Shown here: in pieces, positions 18,725-29,079 of the stretch | Layout of the letters: every line of letters starts with the position of its first letter | Position numbering within the stretch: the stretch's first letter is position 1 | Source: an uncultured delta proteobacterium | GTDB taxonomy: Bacteria > Desulfobacterota > BSN033 > UBA1163 | NCBI GenBank assembly: GCA_963708295.1 | Contig: CAVPSJ010000012.1 | Location: 128,001-192,000, forward strand | Length of the DNA stretch: 64,000 nucleotides | Reading direction: 5' to 3' | Program-made: the position numbers and the translations under genes | The notes under the pieces: generated by a model | The model's database searches: none | What the model was told of the DNA's origin: nothing | Seen by the model: the letters and a program-made list of their open reading frames with translations, nothing else

Positions 18725-18907
18725 ATGAAATGCGATCGATGCAGCGGGACAATGATTCATGAGGAGTTTTTCGGTCCGAATGGTTCCTTCCTCAGCTGGC
18801 GGTGCTTAATTTGTGGAGAGGTTGTCGATCAGACGATCAAAGACAATCGGGATCATCAGAGCCACGGAGGGGAGTGGGACAGAAGAGGCAAGAAGTCGGA
18901 AAGATAA
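18725..18907 (+). CDS. Small Zn-ribbon hypothetical protein
   Basis: RBS GGAGG; MKCDRCSG.M...WRCLICGEVVD. Confidence 0.7.
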   Translation: MKCDRCSGTMIHEEFFGPNGSFLSWRCLICGEVVDQTIKDNRDHQSHGGEWDRRGKKSER

Positions 18908-18948
18908 CCCTGCGACTCCGCATCCCGAGCCCCCCAGCACCCTCCACC

Positions 18949-20163
18949 TCAAGATTGGATGCCGCTGAAGAAGAAATCAAGGTATTGCACGAGAGCGTTG
19001 GTCACAAGTCGAGCATCCTGCCAATACTGGTCGAGCACCCATAGGGCAGATCCAAGGCCGGTTAGATAATGGGGGTCATAGGCGCCCTGATACTTGTCAC
19101 ACACCCCTTGAACGAGGAAGCGTTTTATCTTCTGCCGACCCTCTTGAGAGCCGATCAGGCCGCTGAGCGATGCCACAACAGGCTTCGTCTTCAGGGTCGA
19201 AAATCTTTCGTAGAATTGATCATATTCCTTCGCGGGTTCGGACGCCGCCGCCACCGGTGAAACCTTCTCTTCTCCCGTATCTCCCAAAAAGTCAATCCAT
19301 TCATTCACCATGTGATGGTAGTCCTCTTGGCCGAGAAACTTTCGGGCCCGTTCGATGGAATAGCGGGTGATCGTCTGGTGTAAAGGCACAAAGCCTTTGC
19401 CGCTTGTCGCCCGAAGCATGTGATGGTTGGAAGCCTGTTTTTCCGTATCGGGGTTTGATTTTTTCAGGGCCGGCGTAGCGCTGAACCTCCCCTTGCAGAA
19501 ATAGAGAGCCAATGCCGACAGCGCAGGCCAGGGATCCAGGTCCGTCCGCTCAAGCATTTCTGACAGAATAAAGGCGGTGCAGGAAACCGAGTGACCTAAT
19601 GAGCTGTTTAAGTAACCGCTTCCGAGGAGCAAAAGACGACGGGCAAATTCCACTCCCGACTCCTGCTTCAAAAAGGCGGCCATGAGTGCCGCGGTCTTCT
19701 CCGGATCATTTGCTTGAATTGCAGTTTCAATGTTTTTGAATCCCGCAGGAGTGGGTAAACGATCCCCCCTCGGGATTTTTCCCATCTTGGGCCTCCTCGC
19801 GTACTCCCTGATTTCGAGGGAAAGGAAGGCCCCGGTCTTTCCCTCACTCAGGTAGGGCACAAGCTCCCGATAAATACCGTACACCTTGGGCAGATGCGGG
19901 TTGATGAAAGGGGGATTCTGAACTCGCTGAACCGTAGGAAAGAGAGAAAGGTGAATCTTCCAGGGATCAATCCCCTGGCTCACCATTTTTACGCATATCT
20001 CCAACGCTCTATCCACATCCGAAGCTTCAACGGCCTCCAACAAATTCCTCCCCGTAATTTCAGTCGAATTGGCACACATGGGCCTTCCCCAATCCCCCAA
20101 GGCAGACAAACTTCCTGCAGATACGAATCTCAGGAAATCCCTTCTCGTGAATCTATTCACCAT
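18949..20163 (-). CDS. Tat-signal hypothetical protein with spaced His motifs
   Basis: TRRDFLR signal; 404-aa helical ORF; no family recognised. Confidence 0.7.
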   Translation of the reverse strand: MVNRFTRRDFLRFVSAGSLSALGDWGRPMCANSTEITGRNLLEAVEASDVDRALEICVKMVSQGIDPWKIHLSLFPTVQRVQNPPFINPHLPKVYGIYRELVPYLSEGKTGAFLSLEIREYARRPKMGKIPRGDRLPTPAGFKNIETAIQANDPEKTAALMAAFLKQESGVEFARRLLLLGSGYLNSSLGHSVSCTAFILSEMLERTDLDPWPALSALALYFCKGRFSATPALKKSNPDTEKQASNHHMLRATSGKGFVPLHQTITRYSIERARKFLGQEDYHHMVNEWIDFLGDTGEEKVSPVAAASEPAKEYDQFYERFSTLKTKPVVASLSGLIGSQEGRQKIKRFLVQGVCDKYQGAYDPHYLTGLGSALWVLDQYWQDARLVTNALVQYLDFFFSGIQS

Positions 20164-20480
20164 AGCGAAGGAGCGCCTGGCGCCGCCTGTCCGTCAGGCA
20201 GCCGGTCAGTGATAAACGTACATCCTACCTTGTTCGTGACTCCCACGCACAAACCGTTTCGAGCGATTCACTCCTCACTTCAGCTTGCACCGGTCATTCA
20301 CTCCCAGCAATTAAAACTGGAGAGTTTCCGTAATTTACTTTCCGGACCTCTCTTTAATGACTGAGATACAAGGCTCCCGGATATTCTATCCTCAGGGGCC
20401 GTCCCATAGTCAAGGACGACAATGCTTTAAGATGCCCGGTCAAGAGTGTACGCCTGATACCGGAGTTTCTCAGAGATAGG

Positions 20481-20810
20481 CTACCAGCGATTGCGGCCGC
20501 CGCCGCCGCCACCACCACGACCTCCCCCGAAACCGCCCCCGGATCGGCCGCCTTGGCGAGGACTCTTTTCCTGCGCCTCGTTCACCTTAATGGTCTTGCC
20601 GTCAAGGGTTGCTCCATCCATCTTGGTAATCGCTGATTTAGCATCCTCATTCTGAGCGAAGGTTACGAATCCAAAACCCCGGCAGCGCCCCGTGTCCCGG
20701 TCTGTAACGACCTTGGCTTCGGTGATTTCCCCGCAAGACGCGAACGCCTGGCGTAGATCTTCATCCTTCATGTTCCAGCTCAGTCCCCCAACAAATAGTT
20801 TCTTAGCCAT
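20481..20810 (-). CDS. RRM RNA-binding protein with Gly-rich tail
   Basis: KLFVGGL (RNP2), RGFGFVTF (RNP1), GGRGGGG tail; RBS AGGAG. Confidence 0.95.
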   Translation of the reverse strand: MAKKLFVGGLSWNMKDEDLRQAFASCGEITEAKVVTDRDTGRCRGFGFVTFAQNEDAKSAITKMDGATLDGKTIKVNEAQEKSPRQGGRSGGGFGGGRGGGGGGGRNRW

Positions 20811-21547
20811 AGGTTCAACCTCTCCTTTTCTGCGTTGGTTTTTCCAACGCCGTTTGATGGGTAGCACCCACTGTTCAGCGGCTGCTCCACTCGTCTAAAC
20901 TAAATTTGTCTTGTACAATGCCAGACCCGTTTAGGAGGATAGACACCGGTAATTCCTCTTATCCCATCCGGCTCTGTCGAAAGCCCTCAGCCATGGGATT
21001 GAGTCTTGCCCACGAGTCACGTTCAACCGATTGCATTCACCTTGCCGGCTCATGATGAAAACACCTTTGCCCTTACCGGAGGAGTGACTCTCTTGTGTTC
21101 GTGGCGAGCGAAAATAGAAAGGCTTATCCTTGGAAAGGCGTATCGCGTTAGGGCCCGGCTCACTTTTTTCTTGTTCGACCTCTACAGCTTTTCAAAACCA
21201 TACCATAAAAAGGTTAAGAATTTCAACAATATTTCTGGAACCTTCATCAATGACCGATTCAAAACAAGTATGCTCTGCCGGAATACCGGTCCGACTCCGC
21301 ACCCAGAAAGTGTGAATTTTCAACGATGTCCCCCTGTTACCCGATTTCTTCTTGCCCACGATGAACGATACCTTTGCTGTGGCGTTGCCCTGGAGGGTCG
21401 ACTTTGGAGGTTGTTTCAAGAATTATTAGATATGTTATAATGAGTACTAACCCAAAAGCCGGAAGGTAATCGTGAAACGCCAGGGAAAAAACTATAAATG
21501 GAATCTCTTGATGGTCGTCATTCAATAACCCCGGAAGGAGGAAGTCT

Positions 21548-23420
21548 ATGAAAGGCGGATACGCGGGCAAATTACTCTATGTAGATTTGACGAAAAAGAC
21601 TCTCAAAGAAGAGGCACTCTCAGAGAAATTAGCCAGAAACTTCCTCGGGGGATATGGCATTGGGGCCCGTGTTCTCTACGATAGGATGAAACCGGGGGTT
21701 GACCCACTGGGCCCAGACAACATTTTAGGTTTTATTGCCGGACCCTTGAACGGGACAGGGGCCATGTTTGGCGGCCGGTACATGGTGGTCTGCAAGTCAC
21801 CGGTCACAGGCGGGTGGAACGATGCAAACTCGGGCGGGTTTCTTGGGCCAGAGTTAAAAAGAGCTGGCTATGACGGCCTATTCATTTCCGGTGCTTCGGA
21901 TAAACCTGTCTATCTTTTTATCAAAGACGGGAAGGCTGAGATAAGAGATGCGAAAGCGCTTTGGGGAAAAGACTGCACGGAAACGGAGGAGGCCTTGGTT
22001 CGAGAAACGGGTGAAGGCAAGCTTCGGGTTGCAGTCATCGGTCCTGCAGGTGAAAAGAAGTCCCTGATGGCCTGTGTCATCAACGATAAACATCGTGCAG
22101 CAGGCCGGGGCGGCCTTGGCGCCGTGATGGGTTCGAAGAACCTCAAGGCCATTGCCGTGAGGGGTACGGGAAAAATTCCCGTGGCCGATCCTGAAAAGGT
22201 TAAAGCAATCAACACGGAAGTCTTAGCGTTCATGAAGAATGGACCTACCCTCGAACAGATCAAGCTCTTTGGCACCTATGGTACGGGCGGAATGACGGCG
22301 GGAAACGCCCTGAGCGGGGATGCCCCTGTGAAGAACTGGAACGGTGTGGGCGTTGTAGACATGGGGGAGGAATCTGCGACAAAGCTTGGAACGTTTACTT
22401 TCGATGCCAAGTACAACACAAAAAAATATGCCTGTGCCAACTGCCCTCTTGGCTGCGGAGCCCATTACAAGGTGGATGATGGAAAGTGGCCCGTGGGAGA
22501 CACGGATCGTCCGGAATATGAGACGTTGGCAGCCTTTGGAACCATGACTCTGAACGACGATGTCGAAGCAATCATCAAATGTAATGATATTTGTAATCGA
22601 TATGGTCTGGACACCATCTCCGTGGGTTGCACGGTTGCCTGGGCGATCGAATGCTATGAGAACGGGGTATTCACCCAAAAAGAGACCGAAGGAATTAAGC
22701 TGACCTGGGGAAATCCTGAAGCCATGGTGGCGATCACACAGGCGATTGCGGATCAAACGGGTTTCGGAAAGATCTTAGCCCTGGGCTCGGCAGGGGCAGC
22801 CAAGAAACTGGGAAGGGGGGCGAAATACCTCCAAACGGTGCGGGGGATTGAGGTTCCCATGCATGATCCCCGCTTTTCACCCCGATTTGCGAGGACTTAT
22901 CAGTATGACCCCACCCCCGCCCGCCACGTGAAAGGGGGGTTGGGGATACCCGATTTCCGATCCCCTGATGAAGTAAAATATAATTACGAGGGAAGAGGGG
23001 AAAAGGATGTGGGGGCCACCTGTGGTACCGAAATATTCAATACTGCCGGCCTCTGTATTTTTGGGGGATTTTGCATGCCCCCGGACGCCGCAGTCAGATA
23101 TATTGAAGCCGTGACGGGCTGGGATTTTAAAGAGAATGATGTGATTCAGACCGGGAAGCGGATTACTGAATATGCGATACGCTTTCAATCTGCGGGAGGG
23201 CCAAAAACCCAATGACGATGACAATCAGCTTCCGAAGAGATGTGTCGGAGAGCCGCCCCAGAAAGAGGGCCCGCTGAAAGGCGTCACTCTGGATCTCAAT
23301 AAGATGGCCTGCGCTTTCTTTGAAAGTATGGGCTGGGATGAAGAGACTGCGATTCCCACCCGGGAATCACTGGAAAAGCTGGGGGGAATGGAGGATGTGA
23401 TCCGGAATCTTTATCGTTAG
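21548..23420 (+). CDS. Tungsten aldehyde:ferredoxin oxidoreductase family protein (apparent frameshift near 23165)
   Basis: GYAGK, KSPVTG, GRGGLGAVMGSKNLKAI, CANCPLGC, PEYET, HDPR; the C-terminal FNLREG...GWD piece is in another frame. Confidence 0.9.
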
Positions 23421-23443
23421 TCCTTTCCTGTCGTTGGATCACG

Positions 23444-23600
23444 GGGGCAATTCTTCAATCGTTACATTGTGAGAAGACCCGTTTAGATAAATCTTGAGCA
23501 TTTCGATCATCTCCCGGCCGATCCCTCAATCTCCTTCGCTCCTGGTTCACCGATCTGTCACCCACTCGGAAAAGCTCTCCTATCTCCCGGCCTCTTCCTC
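23444..23600 (-). mobile_element. Relic of a RAYT (REP-associated tyrosine transposase) C-terminus, type 2, copy 1
   Basis: Translates GREIGELFRVGDRSVNQERRRLR, an HTH-like segment typical of RAYT C-termini; 23495-23592 is repeated at 30301-30398. Confidence 0.6.
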
Positions 23601-23750
23601 CCCGCGCCCAGTAACATCCAGAATACCTAACAGGTTTATCCATGCCAGGCCCGCCCCTCTTGGTGTCCCCGTCAAAATGGCACTTGAACTTTGTAGCGGC
23701 TAACCGGTCAATGTGTTATCAGAAGAAAATCCGGAGGAAAGGATCGGATC

Positions 23751-25428
23751 ATGCTGAGAAGAGACGAAGAGCCAATGGAGACAGACGTCTTGATTGCGGG
23801 GGGTGGCATCGCAGGACTGATGGCGGCCATCCGTGCAGCCGTGTCCGGGGCAAGCGTGATCGTTGCTGAAAAGGCCAATACAAAAAGGAGCGGCTGCGGC
23901 GCGACCGGAAATGACCACTTCCTGTGCTATCTCCCGGAAGTACACGGCAAGGACATGGCGCCCATACTCCGGGAGTATCAAGAACAGCCAGGTCGGCGGC
24001 TTCTCGGATACTTCCTTGGCTGTCCGATTCCTCGAACAGTCCTTCGACCGGGTAAAGGCCTGGGACAGCTGGGGCATCTCCATGAGACCCAAAGGGCACT
24101 GGGACTTTTCCGGCCACGCCTTTCCGGGACGCCCGCGCATCTGGCTCAAATATGCCGGTCACAATCAAAAATCGGTCTTGACCCGGCAAGCAAAGAAACA
24201 AGGGGTTCGCATCGAGAACCATCTGATGATCACGGAGGTCATCACGGAGGAGGGTGAAGTCATCGGCGCCATCGCTCTCGGCATAAAGGAAGAGACCCCT
24301 GTGATCAAAGTCATCCGGGCAAAGTCTGTTATTCTAACGACCGGATGCGGAAGCAGGCTCTATCCTGCGGTATCGCCCGGGCTGATGTTCAACACGGCCA
24401 ATTGTCCGGTTTGTACGGGAAGCGGGCAGGCCATGGCCTATCATTCAGGGGCGAAGCTGACGAACATGGAGTTCCCTCAGCGGCATGCAGGGCCCAAATA
24501 TTTTGCCCGATGCGGCAAGGCCACATGGATCGGACTTTACAAAGACCCCCATGGCAAACGGGTGGGTCCCTTTGTCAAAAAGGCAACCCGGGAGCTGGGC
24601 GACATTACGGGCGATGTCTGGAACTCTGTGTTCACGGATAAATTCAGGTCCGGAGAAGGGCCCGTCTACATGGACTGCAGCGGCACTTCTCAGGAAGACT
24701 TCGATTACATGATGTGGGGCCTGGTCGAGGAAGGGAATACGGCGCTCCTCAACTATATGGCGGAAGAAGGCATCGATGTCAGGAATCATCAGGTCGAGTT
24801 TATGCAGTACGAGCCTTTTCTCGTGGGCCGTGGAATTGAGATCGATTTAAATGCCGGAACCAGCGTCCCGGGACTCTTTGCGGCCGGAGACCCGGTGGGA
24901 AATTTCCGCGCCGATATTGCCGGGGCCGCGACCTTCGGCTGGATTGCAGGAGGAAGTGCCGCGGAGAGAGCCAAAAGGATCTCAGGTTTTAAGAAGGCTG
25001 AAAAGGATCGCCTTGTCGCTAGTGAAGAACGAGTCGATTTTTACTCCCAAATCATGGGGAGGCAAACCGGTCCTGACTGGAAAGAAGCGAATCTGGCCCT
25101 GCAGCAGATCATGCAGGATTACGCCGGGGTTGACGTCAGGTCCGAAACGCTTCTCAGAGCAGGTTTAAAATATCTGACAGACCTGAAAGACAAGGCGCAG
25201 ACCCGTATCACCGCAGACCATTCCCATACGCTGATGAGATGTCTGGAAGTCCTCGACCTGATTCAATGCGGAGAGATCGTTTTCCTGGCGGCCCTCGAAA
25301 GAAAAGAGACCCGCGGGATGCATCGACGCTCGGATTTCCCTTTCACGAATCCTCTGTTGCAGGATAAATTTCTCACCCTCTGGCAGGAGAATGGGCAAGT
25401 GAAAATGGCCTGGCGGGATAAGCGTTAA
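23751..25428 (+). CDS. FAD-dependent oxidoreductase, SdhA/AprA-like family (apparent frameshift near 23976)
   Basis: DVLIAGGGIAG, RSGCGATGNDHF, TSVPGLFAAGD, ERKETRG.H.RSDFP. Confidence 0.88.
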
Positions 25429-25504
25429 TCGCGTACAGGTGCCCCCCCTGTCTTTCCCTGCAAACGGATTTGCCGAATGTTGGCGGCTCAAATCCGCCCG
25501 TCTA

Positions 25505-25825
25505 TCAAGATCGTATCATGGTAAGAATCATTTTGAATCGCGTGATTGCCTTCAATGCGTGTGGATCGTTGGCAGGCATGATCACCATCTCGCCCCCTTT
25601 TAAGCGAAAGGGTTTACCCGAAATGACAATTTCTGCTTCACCCTCAAGAAGATAGACCAAGGCGTCAAAGGGTGCCGTATGTTCGCTCAGCCCTTGTCCT
25701 TTATCAAAAGCGAAAAAGGTGACCGTCCCTGTCTTCTTGTCAAGGATCGTTCGACTTACAACAGAACCTTCTTGATAGTCCGCCAGATCAACTAACGTGA
25801 TTGTCTGTATTCCGCTTTTTTCCAT
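25505..25825 (-). CDS. Cupin domain protein
   Basis: FAFDKGQGLSEHTAPFDA...MPANDPHAL. Confidence 0.9.
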   Translation of the reverse strand: MEKSGIQTITLVDLADYQEGSVVSRTILDKKTGTVTFFAFDKGQGLSEHTAPFDALVYLLEGEAEIVISGKPFRLKGGEMVIMPANDPHALKAITRFKMILTMIRS

Positions 25826-25991
25826 GTCTCCCCTCTCCTTCTTTCATTTTTCAATCTTCTGCTCCTCTGCAACGTCGCCCTTCCACGAAGGGGCTCGTTT
25901 TCTCGGCTGAGCCGTTATCGGTAACCTCCCTATCAAGAAATGCCGCATCTGTCAATCAATGGATGAGGAAACTGAACCAATTTAGTCGAAC

Positions 25992-26750
25992 CTAACTCCC
26001 CCCTGATCTTTCCCTTACATAAGGGCTCCGGAGTTTGATCGGCTGTGTCTCCTTCTTCCGAATTCGGAGATTGATCATCTCTACAAAGACGGAAAAGGCC
26101 ATGGCAAAGTAGATATACCCTTTGGGGATATGGAGTCCGAGGCCATCTGCAACCAGCGTCATCCCAATCAATAAGAGAAAGCTCAGGGCAAGCACCTTAA
26201 TGGTGGGGTGTTTTTCAACAAATCCGCTGATACTGCCGGATGCGAACATCATGAAGATCACCGCGATGACCACAGCCAAGACCATAATGATCAATTGATT
26301 GGCCATGCCAATGGCCGTGATAACCGAATCGAGGGAAAAGATGATATCGAGGAGCATGATCTGGATGAGAACTCCTGCAAAAGAAGAAGCCGTGCGTTCA
26401 GAGATGTGGCCCTCTTTTCCTTCGAGCTTGTCGTGGATCTCAAGGGTGCTTTTGGTTAATAGAAAGAGACCCCCGACAATGAGTATGATATCCCTTCCCG
26501 AAATGCCATGGCCTAAGACGGTGAAGAAGGGCTGGGTCAGCCTCATGATCCAGGTCAGAGAAAAGAGAAGCAGGACCCGGGAGATCATGGCCAACCCGAG
26601 ACCGATGATCCGGGCCTTCGGCTGTTTATCGGGCGGGAGTTTCCCTGCCAGGATCGAGATGAAGATGATGTTATCGATACCGAGGACGATCTCAAGGCCG
26701 GTCAGGGTCGCTAACGCCACCCATGCATGGGGTTCGGCCATCCAATGCAT
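25992..26750 (-). CDS. TerC family membrane protein
   Basis: LEIVLGIDN, DIIFSLDSVITA, IPKGYIYFAMAFS. Confidence 0.93.
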   Translation of the reverse strand: MHWMAEPHAWVALATLTGLEIVLGIDNIIFISILAGKLPPDKQPKARIIGLGLAMISRVLLLFSLTWIMRLTQPFFTVLGHGISGRDIILIVGGLFLLTKSTLEIHDKLEGKEGHISERTASSFAGVLIQIMLLDIIFSLDSVITAIGMANQLIIMVLAVVIAVIFMMFASGSISGFVEKHPTIKVLALSFLLLIGMTLVADGLGLHIPKGYIYFAMAFSVFVEMINLRIRKKETQPIKLRSPYVRERSGGS

Positions 26751-26799
26751 TGATCTTTCCTCCTCATCCTTTTCGCTGGTTCAAAGGATCCTTAAAATA

Positions 26800-27948
26800 T
26801 CATCTTGTTTTTCCCACGAGAAAATAGAAATAAATGAGATTGAGGATGCCCATAAAAGCTAAACAGAGAAACATGATTGAATAGCTTGTCGATTGGATGA
26901 CGATGCCCATCATCACCGGCCCCAGGCTCATTCCGAGATCCGTGAGCGCTTGGAAGGTTCCCATCGTCGGACCTGGAGCCCCCCCACGATCAAGCGCACA
27001 GGCCATTAAGGCGGGAATGAGAAAAGCAGGCCCTATCCCGTAGATCACTGCAACGAGAATAAACATGAATAACGTTTTGGAAAAAGCGAGCAGTATCATT
27101 CCGAGGATATAAGGAGTAATGCAAACCAGGATGATTCTTTCTCTGCGATAAAGATCCAATATCCTCCCGCCGAAAACACGACTCAAAATTAGCGTCGCGG
27201 CAACCGTGCTGAAGAACAGCCCGGGATTGGTCACCCCATGACGGATTGCATAAAGGGGGAAAAAGGTGGTTAACGCTCCCCAGACGAAGAAAGGGGAGAA
27301 AGCAATGATGGACGGTGGAAGAGATCTCCGGCTGAGAAAGAAACCGTCCTCGACGGAGGATTCCTGCACTGGAACGACGGGTCCCCTTCCCAATTGATGA
27401 GTAATGACCAGTGAGCATAACGATAAACCCAGGCAGACCAGGAAGAGGAAGATGAAACCAAAGCGGTTGATGAGGAACATGGCCATGGGAGGAGCTAATG
27501 CGCCGGAGGTCGTGAAGGCCAGGATAAAATAGCTGAGACTTTGTCCCATATGCGCCCCGGCGCTGATTTTCGCGATCAAGGTAAACGAGGCGGTCGTGAA
27601 GAGTGCGAATCCAATTCCTTGTAAGACGCTCACGATCAAAAAAGGCCAAAAAGGGGGAGCGAAAATATAAGCGATGGAAGCGGAGGCAAAAAAGAGGGCC
27701 CCGATGATCATAAAGCGTTTTTCCGGAATTTTGAGAAGGGCTCTTCCGACAAAGAGTCTGAGGACCAACGAAGCGACAGCCGAGCTTCCGATCAGGACGC
27801 CAATCTCTACTTCTTTAGAACCCAATCTGGAAAGATAGATCGGGAGAGTAGGAAGGAGGCTAAAAATAACGAAGGTGAAGGTGAATTGTGCGAAGAAACA
27901 AAGAATGAAATCACGGATCAATATCTTTCGTATCGTTTCTGTTGGCAT
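26800..27948 (-). CDS. MFS transporter
   Basis: About 12 hydrophobic segments, G.ILD.Y.R MFS loop motif, DLGMSLGP. Confidence 0.85.
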   Translation of the reverse strand: MPTETIRKILIRDFILCFFAQFTFTFVIFSLLPTLPIYLSRLGSKEVEIGVLIGSSAVASLVLRLFVGRALLKIPEKRFMIIGALFFASASIAYIFAPPFWPFLIVSVLQGIGFALFTTASFTLIAKISAGAHMGQSLSYFILAFTTSGALAPPMAMFLINRFGFIFLFLVCLGLSLCSLVITHQLGRGPVVPVQESSVEDGFFLSRRSLPPSIIAFSPFFVWGALTTFFPLYAIRHGVTNPGLFFSTVAATLILSRVFGGRILDLYRRERIILVCITPYILGMILLAFSKTLFMFILVAVIYGIGPAFLIPALMACALDRGGAPGPTMGTFQALTDLGMSLGPVMMGIVIQSTSYSIMFLCLAFMGILNLIYFYFLVGKTR

Positions 27949-27994
27949 CTCTTACTTGCAGTATCGCAACCCTGCCCCGGAAGCTGTTTTTGAA

Positions 27995-28373
27995 TCAGGC
28001 AGCGTCTTTGAAAGTACGATACGGCTGTATTAAAACCTCTGCGGGAATACCGAGTCCTTTATGGAGATTGCGGATCATCTCCATGGTAAGGGGTCTTTTC
28101 CTGTTCAAAACCTCCGACACCCTGGCACGGCTGCCGATGTAACGTTCAAGATCGCGGCGGGTAAGTCCCCTGGTCTCGATGTAATATAAGATCGCCTCAA
28201 TCGGATCGGGCAATGGAATACGGAACGTGTTTTTCTTCATAGGCTTCGACAAGGGTTGTCAATACCTCGAGTCGGTCTCCTTCCCGTGTTCCGGGAGCGG
28301 CATCAAAGATGCGCTCGATTTCTTTAAGAGCCGCATGATAATCTGCCTCTGTTTTTATGGGTTTGATTCTCAT
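27995..28373 (-). CDS. higA: HigA antitoxin (HTH); one extra base near 28227
   Basis: MRIKPIKTEADYHAAL...LVEAYEEKH, then in the next frame PDPIEAI...VSEVLNRKRPLT...LGIPAEVL. Confidence 0.85.
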
Positions 28374-28388
28374 GGTGAATCCCTCCGA

Positions 28389-28682
28389 TTAAATTGTAGA
28401 TGCATCTATGCGTTCATATTCCCGATGTGTACCCACAAAACGGATATACACGATGCCGTACTCATACCGTATGGCCACGATCAGCCTATACTTGTTTCCC
28501 TTGATATTGAAAACAACTCGGTTCTTTGCGATAAAACTGGCATTGCGATAGACTTCCTTAATATCCGTCGGAGACTTCCATAAGGCGTGCTTGGTATCAT
28601 GATACCAGGCCTGCAAAGGTTGTTGCGCATCCGGATGTTGGTCCCAAAATTCTTTAAGGGTCTTCCGGGAGATGATACGCAT
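28389..28682 (-). CDS. higB: HigB toxin (RelE-like)
   Basis: MRIISRKTL.EFW, RVVFNIKGNKYRL, IRFVGTH.EY; toxin precedes antitoxin. Confidence 0.92.
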   Translation of the reverse strand: MRIISRKTLKEFWDQHPDAQQPLQAWYHDTKHALWKSPTDIKEVYRNASFIAKNRVVFNIKGNKYRLIVAIRYEYGIVYIRFVGTHREYERIDASTI

Positions 28683-28950
28683 GAAACATTATAATATGAT
28701 CCCATCATGGGAGCAAGCACTTTTTCTTTCCTTCTTCTTCCAGCAGTATCCAGATGAGATTGACCAGAGACGCAGAATCCTCACCCTTCCCCCCCTGAAC
28801 CGGCCTTGCCATTTCAGGGCTTCCGCATATTCTTATATCGCTTGTCAACGATGAGGATTGACCCCATTGACCCGGTTTTCAATAAATCCTTGGATTCACT
28901 CGTAAAGTAGGGTATGCTGAGAATCTGGACGACCGGGAAGGAATCGGTAA

Positions 28951-29072
28951 ACCCCGTTAGAAAGTCTTCTACTTTCTAACGGGAAGGCTCGCACGGGGCT
29001 TTAAACCCCGTGTTCGGTCTAAAAGGAATAGTTTTCATCCCCGCTGCAAGGAGCGGGGCTTTCTAACGGGGT
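28951..29072. mobile_element. MITE-like palindromic element bounded by ACCCCGTTAGAAAG...CTTTCTAACGGGGT
   Basis: Perfect 14-bp terminal inverted repeat with internal hairpins; homologous shorter copy at 58312-58373. Confidence 0.8.
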
Positions 29073-29079
29073 AAAGAGG

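Noticed and set aside
21440-21547. Moco/tungsten-cofactor riboswitch upstream of AOR
   Set aside because: Could not identify the conserved stems or sequence blocks by eye.
23751-25428. Genuine dissimilatory aprA
   Set aside because: No aprB, sat or qmo nearby, and the protein is shorter than typical AprA; only family-level similarity is supportable.
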